Shown here one piece after another: positions 1 through 6,267 of a DNA stretch of 15,692 nucleotides. Position 1 is the first letter of the stretch, and each line of letters starts with the position of its first letter. Location of the stretch: positions 28,131 to 43,822 of the forward strand of contig JAOZPR010000003.1 of assembly GCA_029932645.1 (NCBI GenBank). Direction: 5' to 3'. The position numbers were made by a program, and so were the translations under genes. Origin of the DNA: Candidatus Aenigmatarchaeota archaeon. GTDB lineage: Archaea; Aenigmatarchaeota; Aenigmatarchaeia; GW2011-AR5; JAGGXF01. The notes below the pieces were generated by a model, which was not told the DNA's origin, searched no databases, and saw only the letters and a program-made list of their open reading frames with translations.

Positions 1-20
1 TTAATTATTTTATTATAAGC

Positions 21-45
21 GCATTTCTATACGAAAACAGGGGGT
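21..45 (+). promoter_or_regulatory. ORB-like origin recognition box 1 (Orc1/Cdc6 binding site) with G-string
   Basis: GCATTTCTATACGAAAACAGGGGGT: TTTC...GAAA dyad followed by a G5 string, resembling the archaeal ORB consensus (TTCCAGTGGAAAC...GGGG). Lies about 180 bp upstream of cdc6 and forms an imperfect inverted pair with 78-102. Confidence 0.7.
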
Positions 46-77
46 GAGGTCTGTTTAAAGCAAAATATATAAAGGCA

Positions 78-102
78 ACCCCAGTTTCGTGTAGAGAAAT
101 GC
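78..102 (-). promoter_or_regulatory. ORB-like origin recognition box 2 (inverted copy)
   Basis: Reverse complement reads GCATTTCTCTACACGAAACTGGGGT, an imperfect copy of box 1. The G-strings of the two boxes point inward across an approximately 32 bp spacer containing TTTAAAGCAAAATATATAAA. Confidence 0.7.
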
Positions 103-225
103 TTATATATTTTACAAAAGAAATAAAGGTAGTTTTAAATACGTTTTTAATAAAAATTATATGCTTAAAATATATGTTAGATTTATGTGTTTTATGGTCT
201 TTAATTGGTTTGTGGGGTGTTGGTT

Positions 226-1425
226 ATGGATGATAGTCTTTTTTCTTCATATCTAGACAAACCAAGCATTTTTAAAAACAAAAACATTTTAACAAGCAAT
301 TACATTCCGGATAAGATTGCGCACAGAGAGGAACAAATAAAACAGCTCGCCTCTATTGTTGCTCCAGCGCTGCGAAGCTATAGCCCAAACAACGCGTTTG
401 TTTTTGGTACGGTTGGCACAGGAAAAACAATAAGCGCGCATTTTGTTATGAACGAGCTTTTAACAGCTGCGAAAAAAAACAAAACAGTCCCTATTAAAAC
501 CATCTACATAAATTGCAAAATGAAGAAGGTTGCTGATACAGAATACCGCTTGTTTGCCCGACTATTGAAGGAATTTGATTGTGTTGTGCCAGATACAGGA
601 CTTCCAACAGATGTTCTTTACAGAAAATTTTTCGAACTTATTGATAAGCAAGAACAAATTATTATACTGGTTTTGGATGAGATAGACGCGCTGGTTAGTA
701 AAGTGGGAGACGAGTTTCTTTATAATTTAACCAGAATAAATACAGATCTAACAAAGGCCCATCTTGCAATAATAGGAATAACAAACGACTTGTCGTTTAC
801 AGATGCTCTTGATGCGCGTGTTAAAAGTTCGCTCGGCGAAGAAGAAATAATTTTTCCACCATATAACGCGCTCCAACTGAGAGATATTTTAATGGAACGG
901 GCTGCAGCTGGTTTCAATGATGGGGTCTTGGAGGAGTCTGTTATAAACAAGTGCGCGGCACTGGCTGCACAGGAGCATGGTGATGCTCGACGGGCAATAG
1001 ACTTGCTGCGCGTGGCTGGTGAGGTTGCTGAAAGAGAGCACGAAACAAAAATCAGCGAGAAGCACGTTGATATTGCAGAGCAAAGAATAGATTTGGATCG
1101 CGTGACCGAGTCGGTCAAGACACAGCCCAGACAATCCCAGGCTGTTCTTTATGCGATTATAAAAGCAGACTCAGACAAGTTAGGCAGTCTGTTGACAGGA
1201 GACGTTTTTGATAAATATAAAGAGATATGCACAAACAACGGACTCAAGATTTTGACACAGCGCAGGATTAGTGACCTTATAGCAGAACTGGATATGCTAG
1301 GTATAATACACACAAAGGTCATATCCCATGGGAGATACGGCCGCAGCAGGGAGATATCTTTGGCAATAGAGGGCACTGTTTTGGATAATGTAAAGAAGAT
1401 TTTGTTTGACAGATTTGGTGAATAG
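226..1425 (+). CDS. cdc6: Orc1/Cdc6 replication initiator (AAA+ ATPase plus winged helix)
   Basis: YIPDKIAHREEQ N-terminus, Walker A GTVGTGKT, YINC, Walker B VLDEID, DARVKSSL, FPPYNALQLRDIL, sensor-2 GDARRAIDLLR, wHTH TQRRISDLIAELDMLGII...GRYGRSREI. ATG at 226 preferred over TTG 205 because GGGGTG (214-219) is an RBS-like element. Confidence 0.97.
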   Translation: MDDSLFSSYLDKPSIFKNKNILTSNYIPDKIAHREEQIKQLASIVAPALRSYSPNNAFVFGTVGTGKTISAHFVMNELLTAAKKNKTVPIKTIYINCKMKKVADTEYRLFARLLKEFDCVVPDTGLPTDVLYRKFFELIDKQEQIIILVLDEIDALVSKVGDEFLYNLTRINTDLTKAHLAIIGITNDLSFTDALDARVKSSLGEEEIIFPPYNALQLRDILMERAAAGFNDGVLEESVINKCAALAAQEHGDARRAIDLLRVAGEVAEREHETKISEKHVDIAEQRIDLDRVTESVKTQPRQSQAVLYAIIKADSDKLGSLLTGDVFDKYKEICTNNGLKILTQRRISDLIAELDMLGIIHTKVISHGRYGRSREISLAIEGTVLDNVKKILFDRFGE

Positions 1426-1455
1426 CGGTAAATACTAGCCAATGGTGATGAATAA

Positions 1456-1860
1456 ATGGTTGCAACCCCTGTTGTCACATGCCTGATAAAGCATGAAGGA
1501 AAGATACTTTTATTAAAAAGGTCTGGTGCAGTGAGCACGTATCAGGGCAGGTGGGCCGGAGTATCTGGATACCTGAAAAACAACGAACGCCCAGAACAGC
1601 GGGCAATAAAAGAAATAGAGGAAGAGACGGGTCTGATCGGGTCTGATGTAATATTGAAAAAAACAGGAGATGTTGTTGAGGTTGTTGATACAGACCAAAA
1701 CAGAACCTGGTTGATTCATACCTTCCTTTTCGAGGCAACGTCGAATAAAATAAAGCTCAATGAGGAGAACGAAAGATACGTGTGGATCCGACCAGAGCAG
1801 CTTAAAAATTACAACACTGTTCCGGCGCTGGACAGGGTCTTCAAGAAGCTGCTCCATTAG
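1456..1860 (+). CDS. Nudix hydrolase
   Basis: Nudix box G-x5-E-x7-KEIEEETGL (K in place of the usual R), preceded by ILLLKRS...GRWAGVSG. GGTGAT RBS at 1444-1449. Substrate cannot be inferred. Confidence 0.9.
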   Translation: MVATPVVTCLIKHEGKILLLKRSGAVSTYQGRWAGVSGYLKNNERPEQRAIKEIEEETGLIGSDVILKKTGDVVEVVDTDQNRTWLIHTFLFEATSNKIKLNEENERYVWIRPEQLKNYNTVPALDRVFKKLLH

Positions 1861-1888
1861 ATGATAGGATGTTAGAGTGAGAGTATAG

Positions 1889-3112
1889 ATGAAGATGTTG
1901 ATCATGAAAAAAGACGAAATAGTTAATATTTTTTTGGATGCTGGCTTTTTGATTAGTTCTGATGCATTGGATTTTCTGGCTGCGGCCGACAAAACAGACG
2001 ACGACATCAAGGCGATGATAACTAAAATAAAAGATAAGACCAGCCCAGAAAAATTACCAGAAAAAGCCGTGATCATGCTCTCTGATATAAAACAACCTGA
2101 TGCGGGCGAAGGGGCAGACAAAGGCACTTCAGAGGCCAAAGATGAAAGCAAAGATGAAATAAAAATCATAAAAAATATTACTAAGAAGTTGGACGAGATT
2201 AAGACAGAAGACTTCCTGCATTTTTACCAGGACAAATATAAAAAAATGCAGAAAATCATACAAGGCAAAATTAAAGCGAATTTTGTTTCGATAAACAAGC
2301 TTGGTGGTTTGCGAAAAGAGGTTACTGTTATAGGCATAGTTAAGGATAAGAAAGAAAAGGAAGAAAAGCAGGTTCTTGAACTGGAAGACATGACAGGGGC
2401 TGTTCCAGTTGTTTTTAGTTCGGGGGTTGTTGATACAGCAAGCGTTGATTTGGATGATGTCATCGCTGTTCGTGGAATATCGGCAACCAGAGTAATATAT
2501 GGGAAAGAGATAATATATCCAGATATTCCACTACGTTCTGCTTCTTCTGGCTCTGGAAAGGCATGTTTCATTTCTGATTTACATCTAAACGAGGCACCAA
2601 CAACCGACATTAAAAAGTTTTTCAAATGGTTTTCACAAAGCGATATAAAGTATTTGTTTGTGGCTGGGGACATCGTAGACATGGCCGCATTTGAGAAGTT
2701 TATAGAAGAGTTTAATGGGAGAAAAACTTTTGTTATCATACCAGGCAACATGGATAATAATGAATATCCGGCCTTACCGATTAAAATACACGAGAAAGGA
2801 GAAAAAAGGAATATAGTATCACTAAGCAATCCAGCAATGGTTGAACTAAATAATATTAAAATACTACTTGTCCACGATTTTAATCTTAGTATGCTAAAGA
2901 AGCGGTATCTTGGAAAATCAAAAGATATCTTAGAAGAGGATTATCTTGTCTTGGATGAGGTGCCTGATATTGTGCACTGCGGCCATACACATGAGCCGTT
3001 CGTTAGAAATTATAAGTCTGTTACAATAGTAAACAGCGGTTCGCCGCTGACCGAGTTCAGGCCGGTTGTTGTCGATTTCAACACACGGGCAGTAGAACAA
3101 GTAAAGATATAA
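1889..3112 (+). CDS. PolD small subunit DP1 homolog (N-terminal helical domain, OB fold, calcineurin-like phosphoesterase), shortened and probably exonuclease-dead
   Basis: OB fold EVTVIGIVKDK...LELEDMTG...DDVIAVRG...YPDIP; phosphoesterase motifs ISDLH, AGDIVD, PGNMD, SNPAMV, LLVHD, EDYLVLDEVPDIVHCGHTH, VNSGS, in DP1 order. True start may be ATG 1895 or 1904. Confidence 0.92.
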   Translation: MKMLIMKKDEIVNIFLDAGFLISSDALDFLAAADKTDDDIKAMITKIKDKTSPEKLPEKAVIMLSDIKQPDAGEGADKGTSEAKDESKDEIKIIKNITKKLDEIKTEDFLHFYQDKYKKMQKIIQGKIKANFVSINKLGGLRKEVTVIGIVKDKKEKEEKQVLELEDMTGAVPVVFSSGVVDTASVDLDDVIAVRGISATRVIYGKEIIYPDIPLRSASSGSGKACFISDLHLNEAPTTDIKKFFKWFSQSDIKYLFVAGDIVDMAAFEKFIEEFNGRKTFVIIPGNMDNNEYPALPIKIHEKGEKRNIVSLSNPAMVELNNIKILLVHDFNLSMLKKRYLGKSKDILEEDYLVLDEVPDIVHCGHTHEPFVRNYKSVTIVNSGSPLTEFRPVVVDFNTRAVEQVKI

Positions 3113-3167
3113 TGAGATATAATAAAGATAAAGACATGTGAATAAAAAGACAATTCTTTCAATAAAC

Positions 3168-3175
3168 TATAAATA
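3168..3175 (+). promoter_or_regulatory. Possible TATA box for polB
   Basis: TATAAATA preceded by A-rich AATAAAC in the 180 bp DP1-polB gap; position and composition only. Confidence 0.3.
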
Positions 3176-3292
3176 TTTAGAGCGTTAAATTGTTTGTTGG
3201 GCCTGTGGTTTGTTGTACGTGTGTTTGTAATTATTATAGTTGTTATTGTTATCGTTTATTGTTGTCATATTAGTGTGTAGTGGGTTGGTCTA

Positions 3293-6025
3293 ATGGTTAG
3301 GTTACAGTTATTAGATGCTGATTATATCATAGCAGACAACAAGCCAATCATACGTCTTTTTTGTAAGACCGATACAGGAAGGACAGCCTGCGTTTTTTCA
3401 AAGGACTTTCGACCTTATTTTTATGTTTATGGCGACAACGAAAAGATAGTGGAGGTTTTAAATAAAAAATATTCTGACAGGGTGCATAAAATACAAGAGG
3501 CCAAGAAATTTTTTTCAATAGGTTATACGGCGCGCCCGACACACGTGTTGAAGGTGTTCACAAACGTACCTTCTGATGTGCCATTCTTAAGAGACGAACT
3601 GTTTGAAAAGTATCGAAAAATCGTTAAAAAAATTTTTGAGGCAGATATACTCTTCAAGTATCGTTTCATGGTAGATAACGGACTGGCGGGTATGTGCTGG
3701 TTTGATGTTGTTGGCGGAAAACAGTTTAGCAAAACTGTTAAGTGCCCGATTATTGAGGCAAAAACAATCAAGCCCGTGCGAGAAGTGAAGAATGCACCAT
3801 TGAAATATTTATCGTTCGATATTGAAGCAATATCCTATGATTATAACAGAATGGTTGATGAAAAGAGAGACCCCATTGTTATGATTTCTATGGCTTTTAA
3901 TCCTAGTTATCGCGGAAAGAAAACACTTGTTCTTGTTGCAAAGCAGGGCGCCAGAGAAAAAGACGTTGAAAATTTTTCCAGCGAGAAAGAGATGTTGGAA
4001 AGATTTCTGGCCATAATAGATGATTTTGATCCGGACGTTTTGACTGGTTATAATATTATTAATTTCGACATTCCATACATCTTGGAGCGTCTCGGAAGAA
4101 ACAATCTGCCGAAAAACTTTGGTAGAATAACTGATAAACCATGTTTTGTTAGGAAATTCGGTGCTTACCAGACCTGTACTGTTGTTGGCAGGGTGGTTGT
4201 TGACCCGTACCAGATTATCAAGGCAGACCCATTCATGCGTTTCAAGAGATATGATCTGAACACGGTTGCTCTTGAGATGCTGGGAGACGGAAAAATAGAT
4301 GTTGGTTATAAGGAAATGGTGAAGCTCTGGAATGGCTCTAGTGAAAAGCTTAGTAAGTTTATTAGGTATTCCCGTAAGGACGCTGACCTGGCACTCAAAA
4401 TATTATTAAATACCGACCTTTTGGGTAAATTTTTTGAACTCTCAAAGGTTTCTGGCCTTCTCTTACAAGACAGTCTTGGCGGTCAGTCTGCCCGTGTGGA
4501 AACAAGCTTTCTCCGGGCATGCGGAAAACGGGATTTTGTGATACCCACAAAGCCATCAAAGGCTGAAATAATTAAGCGGGAAACAGAGCGACAGAAAAAA
4601 GGCCTGAAGGGTGCCACAGTTCTCGAACCAAAAAAGGGGCTACATGCAGATGGCTGTGTTTTGGTTCTGGATTTCAAGAGCCTGTACCCATCACTAATAA
4701 GAACCTTTAATATATGCCCGACTTGCCTGATTACCAAGGACTCCCCAACAAATGTTAAAAAACACAAAACACCCTCTGGTTCATATTTTGTCGACGAAAC
4801 TGTTCGGAGGGGCGTTTTACCAAGCATACTTGAGAACCTGCTTGAGACACGGTTCGCAATAAAGAAGAAGATGAAAAAGGTAAGCGGAGAGGAAGCAAGG
4901 ATTCTGAATGCGAAGCAGCTCGCACTGAAAATCATGGCAAATTCTTTCTATGGTTACACAGGTTATCTTCGCGCGCGCTTATATGTCATGGATGTTGCCA
5001 ACAGTATTACAGCATATGGCAGGGAAAATATACAAAAGACAAAAAAGATAATTGAAGAAAACTTTCCTGTTGAGGTTATATATGGCGACACAGATTCTAT
5101 CTTTTTGAAGACAGACATAACAAATCTAGACAAGGCTGCCCAACTCGGGAAAAGAATTAGCAAGTATGTAACAGAGCACCTGCCAGGATATCTTGAGCTG
5201 GAGTTTGAAAAGGTGTACCGAACATTCCTGATACTTACAAAAAAACGCTATGCCGGCTGGAAATTTGTTGAGGTTGAAGGCAAGTGGAAAGACTCTATAG
5301 ACATGCGTGGTATAGAGACTGTACGGCGTGACTGGTGTCAGCTGGTTACTGATGTGATGAATCATATACTTGAGCTGATATTGAGGCACGGCGATGTCAA
5401 AAAGGCCATAGATTATGTCAAAACAGTTCTGCTGGAACTCCGACAGGGTAAGGTGCCTCTGGAAAAGCTAACGATTATAAAGGGCATCACAAAAACACCA
5501 TCTGCATACAAGGGTGTGCTCCCACACATAGAGCTGGCCAAGAAGCTGTATCGACGGGACCCTGTGCATGCACCACCGGTCGGTGGGCGGATAGGTTTTG
5601 TTATAATAAAGGGCAACCAGATGCTTTCCAAGCGTGCCGAAGACCCGGAATATGCCAAGAAACATGGTCTGTTAATAGACTCGAAATATTACATAGAGAA
5701 TCAAGTCCTACCGCCTGTTGCAAGGATTTTAAGTGCTGTGGGCGTCTCATCAAGCGAACTTCTTGGCGGTGGACAACAGGTTTCGTTGTCAGATGCCATA
5801 TCCGGAAAAAAACGCAAGCTAAATCATAAAATAAGTCTGGAATATTCTGGCAGCAGTAAAAGAGAAGAAAAGCCACTTGACAGCTGGGAAGAGTTTGTCT
5901 GCTCCAAGTGTAAGAAGTCATATCGCCGCATGCCACTTACTGGCCGATGTGAGTGTGGGGGCGAGCTTCTCATTGCGTATCATGGCAGCGTTTCCCGAAA
6001 GGTCAGAAAACAGGCCAAGAAGTAA
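3293..6025 (+). CDS. polB: Family B DNA polymerase (PolB3-like) with C-terminal DP2-like C4 zinc finger
   Basis: ExoI SFDIEA, ExoII GYNIINFDIPY, ExoIII YSRKDA; polymerase motifs DFKSLYPS, KQLALKIMANSFYGY, YGDTDS, KKRYAG, RGIETVRRDW, all intact. N-terminal DADY/RPYFY/EADILF as in archaeal PolB3. C-terminal extension with C870, C873, C886, C888. Confidence 0.97.
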   Translation: MVRLQLLDADYIIADNKPIIRLFCKTDTGRTACVFSKDFRPYFYVYGDNEKIVEVLNKKYSDRVHKIQEAKKFFSIGYTARPTHVLKVFTNVPSDVPFLRDELFEKYRKIVKKIFEADILFKYRFMVDNGLAGMCWFDVVGGKQFSKTVKCPIIEAKTIKPVREVKNAPLKYLSFDIEAISYDYNRMVDEKRDPIVMISMAFNPSYRGKKTLVLVAKQGAREKDVENFSSEKEMLERFLAIIDDFDPDVLTGYNIINFDIPYILERLGRNNLPKNFGRITDKPCFVRKFGAYQTCTVVGRVVVDPYQIIKADPFMRFKRYDLNTVALEMLGDGKIDVGYKEMVKLWNGSSEKLSKFIRYSRKDADLALKILLNTDLLGKFFELSKVSGLLLQDSLGGQSARVETSFLRACGKRDFVIPTKPSKAEIIKRETERQKKGLKGATVLEPKKGLHADGCVLVLDFKSLYPSLIRTFNICPTCLITKDSPTNVKKHKTPSGSYFVDETVRRGVLPSILENLLETRFAIKKKMKKVSGEEARILNAKQLALKIMANSFYGYTGYLRARLYVMDVANSITAYGRENIQKTKKIIEENFPVEVIYGDTDSIFLKTDITNLDKAAQLGKRISKYVTEHLPGYLELEFEKVYRTFLILTKKRYAGWKFVEVEGKWKDSIDMRGIETVRRDWCQLVTDVMNHILELILRHGDVKKAIDYVKTVLLELRQGKVPLEKLTIIKGITKTPSAYKGVLPHIELAKKLYRRDPVHAPPVGGRIGFVIIKGNQMLSKRAEDPEYAKKHGLLIDSKYYIENQVLPPVARILSAVGVSSSELLGGGQQVSLSDAISGKKRKLNHKISLEYSGSSKREEKPLDSWEEFVCSKCKKSYRRMPLTGRCECGGELLIAYHGSVSRKVRKQAKK

Positions 6026-6160
6026 AAGAAGTAAATAAAAGGCACTTTCTTAATTTATTGGATAACTCCTATTTAATTCTGAATATATCTTCAAAATATT
6101 GTTGTTGTGAAGCACGTGAAGTTGGCTGTGAATATATATGATGTTTTTCAGGTTCAACTT

Positions 6161-6181
6161 TTCCATAGGAAATAAGGGGGT
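6161..6181 (+). promoter_or_regulatory. ORB-like box 3 downstream of polB
   Basis: TTCCATAGGAAATAAGGGGGT: TTCC-n3-GGAAA dyad plus G5 string, close to the canonical ORB; intergenic between convergent genes. Confidence 0.55.
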
Positions 6182-6267
6182 TGCTGGTTTGAAATTTCGC
6201 TATTTTTAGTGGTGTGTGAACAAAATGAAGCAATATGAACATTAGTTTGTGGCGTGAAATTCACATA

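Larger units (their letters stand above)
1..200. other. Candidate chromosomal replication origin (oriC); may extend left of the window
   Basis: Inverted ORB-like pair, very AT-rich flanks (1-18, 103-180), immediately upstream of cdc6/orc1 and the polymerase genes. Confidence 0.6.

Noticed and set aside
205..225. TTG start for cdc6 given by the ORF track
   Set aside because: The extra MVCGVLV overlaps the RBS-like GGGGTG; ATG 226 is better placed.
2402..2426. GTTCCAGTTG...GGGGG, ORB-like start and G-string inside the DP1 gene
   Set aside because: Lacks the GAAA half of the dyad and is explained by coding sequence (VPVVFSSG).
720..5936. Antisense ORFs over cdc6, Nudix, DP1 and polB (e.g. 720-1118, 1513-2169, 2224-2829, 4483-4935)
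   Set aside because: Shadow frames of well-supported genes, Ser/Phe/Ile-rich, with no recognisable motifs.
3293..6025. Intein or inactivated PolB2-type polymerase to explain the 910 aa length
   Set aside because: Motifs A, B, C and Exo I-III are contiguous and intact, with no intein splice or LAGLIDADG motifs; the extra length is mostly the C-terminal tail.
5953..6141. 62 aa ORF overlapping the polB 3' end
   Set aside because: Overlaps the Zn-finger coding region in another frame, no RBS, no recognisable features.
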